The translations under genes were made by a program, and so were the position numbers. A stretch of 64,000 nt of DNA. Origin: Dyella sp. (GTDB lineage Bacteria > Pseudomonadota > Gammaproteobacteria > Xanthomonadales > Rhodanobacteraceae). The notes beneath the pieces were generated by a model. The model had not been told where the DNA came from. It searched no databases and saw nothing but the letters and a program-made list of their open reading frames with translations. The stretch covers positions 14,736 to 78,735 of the forward strand of contig NZ_DATJTC010000002.1 in NCBI RefSeq assembly GCF_035503745.1. Direction: 5' to 3'. Below, piece by piece: positions 1 through 11,100 of the stretch; within the stretch, counting starts at the first letter, position 1; the number at the start of each line of letters is the position of its first letter.

Positions 1-1680
<1,680 letters not shown>

Positions 1681-1869
1681 CGAAGTGCGGAAAATTAAGG
1701 TTGGGACAAGGACTTATGATAACCCAGCAGGCCTTGTAGGGGGTCGCCTACCTAAACATGGCATGTTTTCTGCTTGCTAATCACCGCACTTTCACGGGCA
1801 GATGCCGCGCAATTCGCGCGCTGAGATAGGGCGACAGGGGCCCCTTCGCGTACCGGGACAGGAAGCAAA

Positions 1870-1902
1870 GACGGCGCCCGAAAGGGCGCCGTCGTTATTT
1901 TT
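1870..1902 (+). terminator. Rho-independent terminator-like hairpin (possibly bidirectional)
   Basis: GACGGCGCCC-GAAA-GGGCGCCGTC followed by GTTATTTTT. Confidence 0.7.
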
Positions 1903-2156
1903 GATCTCTTGCAAGAGAGATCTGGCGCCCGGCGGTCTCAGGAACAGGGGGAATCCAGGATGACCGTGTTGCCGGGCGCCAGAAACTGAAAAACCGTCAC
2001 GCATCACGGGCTGCATGGCAACCATGGCATCCCCTTGGCGTAGGGCGATCATCGCCCCGTACGTGTGAACATTGGGTGACTAAAACGCAAAAATATGCCG
2101 GTATTTGGCAGCTGATGACGTAATAGGTCACAGCGTGATCGAGAGCAAAAATGTTG

Positions 2157-2172
2157 TGTGATGTGCATCACA
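2157..2172. promoter_or_regulatory. CRP/Clp-type binding site
   Basis: Perfect TGTGA-N6-TCACA (TGTGA TGTGCA TCACA). Confidence 0.65.
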
Positions 2173-2175
2173 AGT

Positions 2176-2191
2176 TGGCACGCCTAATGCA
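2176..2191 (+). promoter_or_regulatory. sigma54 (-24/-12) promoter-like element
   Basis: TGGCACG-CCTA-ATGCA, one mismatch to TGGCACG-N4-TTGCW, about 35 bp upstream of an RBS and ATG. Confidence 0.6.
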
Positions 2192-2225
2192 GCGCTTCCG
2201 TGCAAGCAAAAGTCGGAGGGGTGTC

Positions 2226-2411
2226 ATGGATAACAGTAACGAGTTCGCACCGGTTTACCTGCGGCACGATCTGATGATCGAAATCGGTCGCCTTGAAATG
2301 GCGATGGATCATCTGGTCGAGCGCGAGCCTGCCCAACAGCAGCAGCTGCGCCCGCGCCTGGAATCGCGCATGAATCATCTGCTCACCGAGCTGGATCATC
2401 TGCCCGGCTGA
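2226..2411 (+). CDS. small hypothetical protein (61 aa, helical)
   Basis: GGAGGGG RBS before ATG 2226; MDNSNEFAPVYLRHDLMIEIGRLEMAMDHL...; high-GC3 codon usage; followed by a hairpin. Confidence 0.75.
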   Translation: MDNSNEFAPVYLRHDLMIEIGRLEMAMDHLVEREPAQQQQLRPRLESRMNHLLTELDHLPG

Positions 2412-2438
2412 ACAAGCCCTTTTTCAGTGCCGCCCTGC

Positions 2439-2467
2439 GACGGCGCCCCCTGTGGGAGGGCGCCGTC
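2439..2467. terminator. hairpin between convergent genes, same stem as 1870-1893
   Basis: GACGGCGCCC-N9-GGGCGCCGTC. Confidence 0.55.
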
Positions 2468-2493
2468 CAAGTCTCAGGCGGGCGTTAAGAGGC

Positions 2494-5136
2494 TCAGCGC
2501 TGCAGCACGTTGCCGATGATCTCGCCCAGGTTGCGCGATAAGTCCTGCCGCCGGGCCAGATCCTCAAGCGCCGCATGCGCCGCTTCCCGCCGAACCGGCT
2601 CCAGCCGTTGCCACCCGTTGAAGGCCGTGGCCATGCGCGCGGCGATCTGCGGGTTAAGTGCATCCAGCGCGGCCAGCCGTTCGGTCAGCCAGCGATAACC
2701 GGCGCCATCGTCGCGGTGGAAGCCACTGGGATTGTTGCTGGCGAACGCGCCGATCACGGCGCGCGCGCGGTTGGGATTTTTCAGCGTGAAGGCCGGATCG
2801 CTTTCCAATGCCTTGACGATGGCGAGCGCCGGCTCGCCGGGCACCTGCGCCTGCACGGCGAACCATTTATCCAGCGCGAGCGGGTTGTCGGCATAACGCT
2901 GGCGGAAATCCGAAAGCGCCGCCGCGGCCTGCGCCGCGCGATCGCGGACCAGTACGCCCAGTGCGGCGAGGCGGTCGGTCATGCCGCTGGCCGTTGCGTA
3001 TTGCTGCGCCGCCAGCGCATGCGCGCCGTCGGCATCCACCAGGGCCAGCAGTTCGAGCACGCGGCGTTTGAGCCGGCGCCGGGCCTGGCTGTCGGCATCG
3101 AGCGACTGGCCGGCCTGCGATGCCAGTGCGCGATAGCGCGCAAGCAATGCCGGCGCGCCGATGTGTTTGGCCAGATGATGCTGCAACGCCTGGCGTTGCG
3201 CGTGAATGCTGACCGGATCCACTTCGGCCTGGCGATCGGCGAATTCGATTTCGCCGGGCGGTGTAAGCAGATCGGCCAGCAGGGCATCGTCGATCGTGTC
3301 CTGCTCGAACAACACGCCCAAGGCATCGCACCAGGCTTTGCATGCCTGCGTTTCGCCCTCGCGCAAGCTTTCGAACGCAAGCACAGCCAGCTGCTGGCCG
3401 GCCTCCCAGCGATTGAAGCCATCCGCGTCGTGCGTCAACAGCAGCGCCAGTTCGGCCGGCGAGTGGTTGTATTGCAGCACCACGGGCGCTGAGAAGTCGC
3501 GCAGCAACGAAGGTACCGGGTGGCTTGCGACATCGCGGAAAACAAGCTGCTGCGATGCTTTGTCGATCACTACGACCGTTTCCGTGCCGCCGTCGCTTCC
3601 CTCCAGGTGCAGCGGCAGCAACTGTCCGTTGCGATCGAACAGCGATAGCTTCACGGGAATCGGCACGGGTGCTTTCTCCGGCTGTCCGGCCGTGGCGCGC
3701 GTGTGTTGCGAGAGGGTCAGCGTGTATTGGCGTTTGGCCGCGTCGTAGTCGCCGTGCGCGTGCAGATGCGGCGTACCGGCTTGCGCATACCAGGCCAGGT
3801 ACGGCATCAAGTCGGTGCCGTTGGCATCGCCTAGCGCGCCGAGGAAATCCTCGATCGTCGCCGCGCTGCCGTCGTGGCGTTCGAAATAGGTGTCCATGCC
3901 GCGCCGGAAACCTTCAGGTCCAAGCCGGCCCGCGAGCATGCGCACCAGTTCGGAGCCTTTCTCGTAGACGGTGGCGGTGTAGAAGTTGTTGATCTCCCGG
4001 TACTCGGCCGGACGCACCGGGTGCGCCAGGGGGCCTGCGTCTTCGGGAAACTGCGTGCGGCGCAGCAGCGAGACGTCTTCGATGCGCTTGAGCGGCGCGG
4101 AGTTCATGTCCGCGGAAAACTGCTGCTCGCGGAACACGGTAAGGCCCTCCTTCAACGACAGTTGAAACCAGTCGCGGCAGGTCACGCGGTTGCCGGTCCA
4201 GTTATGGAAATACTCGTGGGCGACCACCGCTTCGACGGCGCGGTATTCCTCGTCGGTGCTGCTGTCAGGATCGGCCAGCAGGTACTTCGCGTTGAAGATG
4301 TTCAGGCCCTTGTTTTCCATGGCGCCCATGTTGAAGTCGTGCGTGGCCACGACGTGGAATACATCCAGGTCGTAGTTGCGACCATAGTTGCGCTCGTCCC
4401 AGCGCATCGAGCGTTCCAGCGCATCCAGCGCGTAGTGGCAGCGGTCGATGACGTTCGCTTCGGACCACATCACCAGTTTTACCGCGCGACCGTCCGCCGC
4501 AAGGTAATCGCGCTGAATGCTTTCCAGCCGCCCGGCCACCAGCGCGAACAGGTAGCTCGGTTTGGGATGCGGATCGACGAAGCGCGCCCAATGACGCCCC
4601 TCCGGCAACTCGCCGCTGCCATCGGGATTGCCGCCGGCCAACAGCACGGGAAAGCGTGCGCGATCGGCACGCAGCGTCACAGTGAAACGGGCGAGCACAT
4701 CGGGACGGTCCGGGAAAAAAGTGATGTGACGAAAGCCTTCCGCTTCACATTGGGTCAGAAGGAAGCCGCTCTCGCGCGAACCGGACAGGTACAGGCCCTC
4801 CAGCGTGGTATTGGCGGCCGGCTTAACCCGTACGCGGGTTTCCAGCACGCTGCCATCGTGTGCGCCATCCACTTCCAGCCCGTTGTCGTGGATGCGGTAG
4901 CTGCCCGTATCGAGCGGGCGGCCGTCCAGCGAGATCGCCAACAGCTCCAGGCCCTCGCCATCCAGTCGCAGCGGTTGGGGCTGGGTGGGATCGTGGCGCA
5001 CGTTGAGCCGGGCGCTGATCTCGGTGCTGTCGATGCCCAGGTCGACGTCCAGTTCGATGGCGTCCACGCTCCATGCGGGTCGGCGGTAGTCGTGCAGGCG
5101 GATGGGGGCGGGGGCAGTTTCGTTGGCGAGGGTCAT
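2494..5136 (-). CDS. pepN: aminopeptidase N (M1 family)
   Basis: FLLTQCEAEGFR, FNMGAMENKGLNIFN, HEYFHNWTGNRVTCRDWFQLSLKEG, C-terminal NPNRARAVIG; start taken at MTLANE. Confidence 0.96.
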   Translation of the reverse strand: MTLANETAPAPIRLHDYRRPAWSVDAIELDVDLGIDSTEISARLNVRHDPTQPQPLRLDGEGLELLAISLDGRPLDTGSYRIHDNGLEVDGAHDGSVLETRVRVKPAANTTLEGLYLSGSRESGFLLTQCEAEGFRHITFFPDRPDVLARFTVTLRADRARFPVLLAGGNPDGSGELPEGRHWARFVDPHPKPSYLFALVAGRLESIQRDYLAADGRAVKLVMWSEANVIDRCHYALDALERSMRWDERNYGRNYDLDVFHVVATHDFNMGAMENKGLNIFNAKYLLADPDSSTDEEYRAVEAVVAHEYFHNWTGNRVTCRDWFQLSLKEGLTVFREQQFSADMNSAPLKRIEDVSLLRRTQFPEDAGPLAHPVRPAEYREINNFYTATVYEKGSELVRMLAGRLGPEGFRRGMDTYFERHDGSAATIEDFLGALGDANGTDLMPYLAWYAQAGTPHLHAHGDYDAAKRQYTLTLSQHTRATAGQPEKAPVPIPVKLSLFDRNGQLLPLHLEGSDGGTETVVVIDKASQQLVFRDVASHPVPSLLRDFSAPVVLQYNHSPAELALLLTHDADGFNRWEAGQQLAVLAFESLREGETQACKAWCDALGVLFEQDTIDDALLADLLTPPGEIEFADRQAEVDPVSIHAQRQALQHHLAKHIGAPALLARYRALASQAGQSLDADSQARRRLKRRVLELLALVDADGAHALAAQQYATASGMTDRLAALGVLVRDRAAQAAAALSDFRQRYADNPLALDKWFAVQAQVPGEPALAIVKALESDPAFTLKNPNRARAVIGAFASNNPSGFHRDDGAGYRWLTERLAALDALNPQIAARMATAFNGWQRLEPVRREAAHAALEDLARRQDLSRNLGEIIGNVLQR

Positions 5137-5202
5137 GCGGCACGTGGACAAGGCAAAGTTGGATCAGGCTAACATGCGGGTTTTTCCCGTCGGGACAAGC
5201 GC

Positions 5203-6210
5203 ATGACCGTATTCAGCATCGAGTCGGACCAGCTGGGCGCGCACGAAATACTCGTTTTGCGCGACATTAAGCGTGGTCGCTGCGTCCGCCTGGCGCGCCG
5301 CGGCGCCGTCCTGATCGGTCTGGAGCAGGCGGTGGACGGGGGCGTGCGCCAGCTTGCGGACGGTTATCGGGACAGTGCCGAGCTGGAAAGCCGCCCCAGC
5401 TCGCGCTTCGCCATCATGGCGCCGTTCGCCAATCGCATCGCCGATGCGCGCTACCGCTTCGATGGCCGTGACTACGACCTGCAGCCGGGGGTGGAAGGCG
5501 CGCAACGCGCCGCCCGGCACGGTTTCGTGCGCGGCGTGGATTTCGACGTCGCGCACAAGCATGCGGACGAATCGGGCGCGCATGTCACCTTCGCCACCTC
5601 GGTGATCCGGCCCGGCAAGTTCGACGGCTATCCGTTTGCGGTCGATGTGCTGGTGACCTATACGCTCGATGCCAGCGGACTTACTCTCCAGGCGCACCTG
5701 CGCAACGTCGGCCAAACCGCGGCACCGTGTTTCTTCGGCTGGCATCCGTATTTCCGGCTGGGCGATCAGGGCATCGATGCGTGGGAGCTTACGGTTCCTG
5801 CCACGACGCTGGTGCGCACCGATGGCGATTTCATTCCGCTGCCGGGCGCGCAAGCGTATCAACCGCTCGACGAAGCGCCGCGCGAACTGGACTTCCGTCG
5901 CGCCAGGCCGATCGGTGCCACCGACATCAACCACGCCTACGCGAATCTCGCCAAAGATGCCGATGGCCGCGCGCGCACCAGCCTGCGCGACCCGGTCAGC
6001 GGCATGCGCATCCATGTATGGCAAGAGAGCGGCGTCATGCTGGTGTTCACCGCCGATACGGTGACGCGCGACGCGCGCCGTGCGGTGGCGCTGGAGCCGA
6101 TGGAAAGCATGTCCGACGCCTTCAACCGTGCCGATTGCGCCAGCGCCGTCCGCCTGGAACCGGGCGCGGAGCGGCTGTTTCGCTGCGGCGTGGAGATCGA
6201 CCCGGCATGA
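5203..6210 (+). CDS. aldose 1-epimerase family protein
   Basis: PFANRI..., HG motif, FGWHPYF, VALEP motifs of the galactose mutarotase-like family. Confidence 0.85.
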   Translation: MTVFSIESDQLGAHEILVLRDIKRGRCVRLARRGAVLIGLEQAVDGGVRQLADGYRDSAELESRPSSRFAIMAPFANRIADARYRFDGRDYDLQPGVEGAQRAARHGFVRGVDFDVAHKHADESGAHVTFATSVIRPGKFDGYPFAVDVLVTYTLDASGLTLQAHLRNVGQTAAPCFFGWHPYFRLGDQGIDAWELTVPATTLVRTDGDFIPLPGAQAYQPLDEAPRELDFRRARPIGATDINHAYANLAKDADGRARTSLRDPVSGMRIHVWQESGVMLVFTADTVTRDARRAVALEPMESMSDAFNRADCASAVRLEPGAERLFRCGVEIDPA

Positions 6211-7157
6211 GCGCATCGCTACCCACGCTCCAGCACATTCGCGATGCCGCCGCGCGGATCGCGCCCTACGCCACCCTGACACCGGTGTTGCGCAGCGATG
6301 AACTCGATGCCGTGGCCGGTGCCCAGCTGCACTTCAAATGCGAAAACCTGCAGCGCGGCGGTGCGTTCAAATTCCGCGGCGCGTGCAACGCGGTGTGGTC
6401 GTTGAGCGATGAAGAGGCCGCCCATGGCGTGGTGACGCACTCGTCCGGCAATCACGGCAACGCACTCGCGCTGGCGGCGGCGACGCGCGGCATTCCCGCA
6501 CATGTGGTGGTGCCCGAAGGCGCCGTGCGCGCCAAGCTCGAAGCGATCGAGCGCGCGGGCGCGATCCTGCATCGCTGCGCCCCCACCATCGCCGCGCGCG
6601 AAGCCAAGGCGGCCCAGGTGCAGCAGGCCACGGGAGCGATCATGGTGCATCCCTATGCCGATGCGCGCGTCATGGCCGGGCAGGGCACGCTGGTGCTGGA
6701 GCTGCTGCACCAGTGCGCAAGCCTCGATGCCCTGGTCACGCCGATCGGCGGTGGCGGCCTCTCCGCCGGCTGCGCCATTGCCGCGCACGGTTTGCAGCCA
6801 TCCATCGCGATCTACGGTGCGGAACCGGCCGGCGCGGCCGATACCGCGCAATCGCTGGCGCGCGGCGCGCGCATCGACAGCTTCACGCCGGACACGATGT
6901 GCGACGGCCTGCGCGCTTTCGTCGGCGAACCGAACCTGCAAGCGCTGCGCGAGCATGGCGTCAGCGTCATCACCGTAAGCGACGAGGAAACCGTCGCCGC
7001 AATGCGCCAGCTATGGCAGGCCTTGAAGATCGTGGTGGAAGTGTCGAGCGCCACGGTATTCGCCGCCGTGCTCAAGCAGCGCGAACGTTTCGCCGGCAAA
7101 CGCGTGGGGCTGGTACTTACCGGCGGCAATGTCGATCTTGATGCGCTGCCCTGGTAA
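6207..7157 (+). CDS. PLP-dependent Ser/Thr dehydratase / serine racemase-like protein
   Basis: FKCENLQRGGAFKFRGA, THSSGNHG, GGGGL, LTGGNVD; ATGA overlap with upstream gene; no ACT domain. Confidence 0.9.
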   Translation: MSASLPTLQHIRDAAARIAPYATLTPVLRSDELDAVAGAQLHFKCENLQRGGAFKFRGACNAVWSLSDEEAAHGVVTHSSGNHGNALALAAATRGIPAHVVVPEGAVRAKLEAIERAGAILHRCAPTIAAREAKAAQVQQATGAIMVHPYADARVMAGQGTLVLELLHQCASLDALVTPIGGGGLSAGCAIAAHGLQPSIAIYGAEPAGAADTAQSLARGARIDSFTPDTMCDGLRAFVGEPNLQALREHGVSVITVSDEETVAAMRQLWQALKIVVEVSSATVFAAVLKQRERFAGKRVGLVLTGGNVDLDALPW

Positions 7158-7291
7158 TGGTGCGTCGCATCGCCCGGCGAGCACGTTTTAGCGGTGCGTT
7201 ACTTTCAACCGACCGTGTAGGCGCGGGATTATCCAAACAACTGTCCCTGGCTGGTTTGGCTGGAGCCTGCGCCAAGAGCGTCGAGGGGCGG

Positions 7292-7345
7292 CTCCGCTTT
7301 GTAGAGTCCGTTGATGGGCTTGGCCAGCGCGTAGTCGTAGGAATC
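7292..7345 (-). pseudogene. IS3-family transposase relic
   Basis: Minus strand reads DSYDYALAKPINGLYKAE, close to the conserved DSYDNALAETINGLYKAE motif; flanks are degenerate. Confidence 0.65.
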
Positions 7346-7594
7346 ATGGCATCAATCGGTTGAGACGGTCGGTACGGAGCTGTCGATTCATCCGATCCAG
7401 CGATGACGGCGCGGTCTTGCCACTGAGCGTGGTGCGTATCCTTTGACCCTCTTTCCAAGGCCGCTCTTGTAGGAAAACCCTTATATCCGCGCCAGAAATA
7501 TCGTAACGGTCGCCCTGTAGGCTACTTATCACGATTCCTTCACAAGTTGGTGCTTACGTTTCCCGACATCGCAAGGGGTGGGAAGGACAAGCAA

Positions 7595-7918
7595 ATGGAT
7601 TTGGTTCGGTGCATCCTGCGGATGTGTCTGGGTTGGGCATGGAATGTTCGGGGCAACGCTGCCACCCGTCAGCGATCAAGAATCCCCGGCCCAGGTTTCC
7701 AGCGCTTAGGCGCATTGCTCGCGCTTGCGTTAGTAGCCATCAGCCACCCGGCATCCGTCATGGCGGACAGTGCTTCCTGCATTTCACCCTACGGATGCTT
7801 CTACAGCTTCGAAGGTCAATATGAAAACTGCGTGCAAGACATGCAGGCCGTGACGCATTGGACGCTCATCAAACCTTGCTATCTGCGCGGTTCGCGCGCT
7901 GACTCCGTTAAAGTATGA
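7595..7918 (+). CDS. hypothetical exported Cys-rich protein; possible orphan Rhs N-terminal module
   Basis: AAGGA RBS; hydrophobic LGALLALALVAISHPASVMA then a segment with 4 Cys; ATGA overlap with next ORF. Confidence 0.45.
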   Translation: MDLVRCILRMCLGWAWNVRGNAATRQRSRIPGPGFQRLGALLALALVAISHPASVMADSASCISPYGCFYSFEGQYENCVQDMQAVTHWTLIKPCYLRGSRADSVKV

Positions 7919-8151
7919 AGGCAGGTTTGGACTTTGAGGGGTTCCGAGTACCTAGGGCAGCCTGGTCGTTCAATGGCTCGATCCACGCTTTATTCAACGC
8001 CAGTGCGAGCGGCAGTTGCGACGCGGACGGCAACCAGGTGCAGGGCATGGGCGGATTAGGTATCCAACGGCAGTTAGGTTGCGACGTGATCAATCGCTTG
8101 TGCAAACCATCGACAACTCCAATGACACGAACTGACAGGGATATCAAATGA
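7915..8151 (+). CDS. hypothetical protein (78 aa), ATGA-coupled on both sides
   Basis: Start overlaps the upstream stop and stop overlaps the Rhs start; no clear RBS; may be a frameshifted continuation of the upstream ORF. Confidence 0.3.
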   Translation: MKAGLDFEGFRVPRAAWSFNGSIHALFNASASGSCDADGNQVQGMGGLGIQRQLGCDVINRLCKPSTTPMTRTDRDIK

Positions 8152-11100
8152 CTCGTATTTTTGGACTGATTCTCGGTGCGCTGTTGGCTGTTTCTTGCAG
8201 CGCCATTTCGATAAACGCGCATGCCGCCGATCAATCTGGTACGTATGAGACTCAAGGTGAGGCATATGCAGCGTGTAATGGGTTTGTTGCGTGGTTGAAT
8301 TCGCACGGACCTCTGAGTCCACCTTACTACTACACGTGCGAGGATGTGGTTCGCGGATCTTCTCCGCCTAGTCCACCTTGTCTAGGCAAGCCATTTGAAG
8401 GCGTAAATTACAGCTATGCCTATACGGTTTATTCCGAGCCAAATCATGACGATGGTGGTTGGGCGGGTTGGTACTTCTGGTGCGCTCCTACGTTTAGCCC
8501 AAGCAAGAACAATGGCTGCTCCTGTAGCGTAGCGGGTGACCCCATCAATCTGGGTACCGGTAACGAATACGAGGATCAAAAGGATTACTCATCCAGTGAC
8601 TCTCTACGGTTCGAACGCTACTACAACAGCAGCAATTCGATTACCCCGACCAACATCGGCGCGCAGTGGCTGGATAATTACGACCGCAGCATTCAATATC
8701 AGACCAGCACCACCCCTGTCGCGACTGTTTTTCGACCCGATGGGAAAGAGTTTGCCTTCCAGAAGGTCAATGGGGTGTGGGCCGCTGATCCAGATGTCAG
8801 CGATACGCTCACTGAGAGCGACAATGCCCTAGGCCAGGTTCAAAGCTGGACATATTTCGATGCCCAGACGCAGCAATACGAAAATTACAACGCAGGCGGC
8901 GCGCTAACCTCGATCGTTGATCTGAGCGGTCAAGTTACAACACTGACGTATAGCGATGGGACGACACCCACGACCATCGCACCGATGGCCGGGTTATTGA
9001 TTACCGTCACGGCACCCAGCGGGCGACAGCTCCAGTTCGTTTACAACGCCAGTAGCCAGATCACGCAGATCACCCTGCCTGACGGCGGCACGCTTGCGTA
9101 TGCATACGACACGTCTGGAAACTTGACTCAAGTGACCTATCCGGATGGCCGTACGCGCGTCTACAAGTACGACGAAAGTGGCAATGCCCCATCGGGGTCA
9201 CCGAATCTTTTGACGGGCATTATTGATGAGGCGGGGCAACGCTATGTGGACATCCACTACGACAGCCAGGGTCGTGCCATGTCGTCGCAGATAGGAGGCA
9301 TAGCCAATCTCACTCAGGTGGCTTACAACTCGGATGGAACGTCTGCCGTTACCTATCCGAGCGGAGTCCAAACCACGATTGGATTTGCAACCCCCTATGG
9401 CCGAGCGCAGATCGCGTCAGTGAGCCAGCCTTGCGGACCGGGTTGTGATCAGACGGCGGCGGCGCGTACGTATGACGCCAATGGCAATCCAGCGAGTGCC
9501 ACGGACTTCAACGGCAACGTCACTACCACCACCTACGACGTCAACGGCCTGCTCGATCAACAGATCGACGCGTCCGGATCTCCGGCCCAGCGCACCACCA
9601 ACTTCACCTGGAACACCACACTGCGCGTACCGCTGACGCGCACCGTGCTCGATGCCAACGGCAACACAGTGAGCAACACGCAATGGGTCTACAACGCCAC
9701 CGGCCAGACCCTGGCCCGCTGCGACATCGACCCGGCCAACAGCGCCGATAGCGGCTACAGCTGCTCGAACACCGGCGCGGTGCCGGCCGGCGTGCGCCGC
9801 CGCACCTACACCTACTGCACCGCCGTCGGAAGTAACTGCCCGCTGGTGGGCCTGATGCTCACCGCCACCGGCCCCCGTACCGATCTCACCCAGACGACGA
9901 GCTACAGCTACTACACCAGCAGCAGCACGACGGGTTGCGGCACGCCCGGCGCCGCCTGCTACCAGCCCGGCGATCTCTACCAGGTCACCGACGCCCTGGG
10001 CCACGTCACCACCATCGCCTCCTACGACGCCGACGGCCGCATCACCCGCCTCACCGACGCCAACGGCGTCAACACCGATCTCACCTACACCCCGCGCGGC
10101 TGGCTCGCCTCGCGCACGGTGGGCGGGGCCACCACTCGCTTCACCTATACCGCCTACGGGGCCGTGCAAACCGTCACCGATCCCGATGGCGTCACCACCA
10201 CCTACGGCTACGATGCCGCCCATCGCCTGACCACCATCACCGATGCCCTGGGCAACACCATCCAGTACACCCTGGATGCCGCCGGCGACAAAACCGCCGA
10301 ACAGGTCTATGACTCGTCGGGCACCTTGCACCAAAGCCTCACCCGCACCTTCAACACCCTGGGCCAGCTCACCAGCGTGGTCGATGGGCTTAGCCACACC
10401 GTGTTCAACGCCAGCGCCACGGGCAGCTACGACGCCAACGGCAACCTGATCCAGAGCAGCGACGGCCTGGGCATCGCGCGCCAATTGGGCTACGACGCCC
10501 TGAACCGCCTGGTGCAGACCCTGGACAACTACAACGGCAGCGACCCTGCAACGAAGAACACCACCACCCAGTACAGCTACGACAGCCTGGACCGCCTCAC
10601 CCAGGTCACCGACCCCAGCAACCTCGCCACCACCTACAGCTACGACGGCCTCAGCGACGCCACCGGCCAGGTGAGCCCCGATACGGGCACGACCAGTCGC
10701 ACCTTCGATGCCGCCGGGAATGTGCTGACACGGACCGACGCCAAGGGCATCACCGCCAGCAACACCTACGACGCACTGGATCGGCTTGTCAGCACCCGCT
10801 ACCCCGACAGCACGCAGAACGTTACCTACAGCTACGACGATCCCAACGGCACCACCGGCTGCAGCACCAGCGATCCGGTCGGCCGGTTGACGCGGATCAT
10901 CGAAAGCGCCGTCACCACCGTCTACTGCTACGACGCCCGCGGCAACGTGATCCAGAAACAACAGATCACCAGCGCCGGCACCGACACCACCGGCTACGCC
11001 CTCACCAACGCCGGCCGCCTCAGCGGCATCGTCTACCCCGACAGCACCCTGGTCAGCTACAGCCGGGATGGCGATGGGCGCATCACCGGCATCAGCGTGA

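Noticed and set aside
1802-1963. 53-codon ORF from ATG 1802 through the hairpin region
   Set aside because: No RBS, crosses a terminator-like hairpin, no protein-like features
1681-2150. oriC next to gidA/mnmG as in E. coli
   Set aside because: No DnaA-box cluster (TTATCCACA), GATC array or AT-rich unwinding repeats seen
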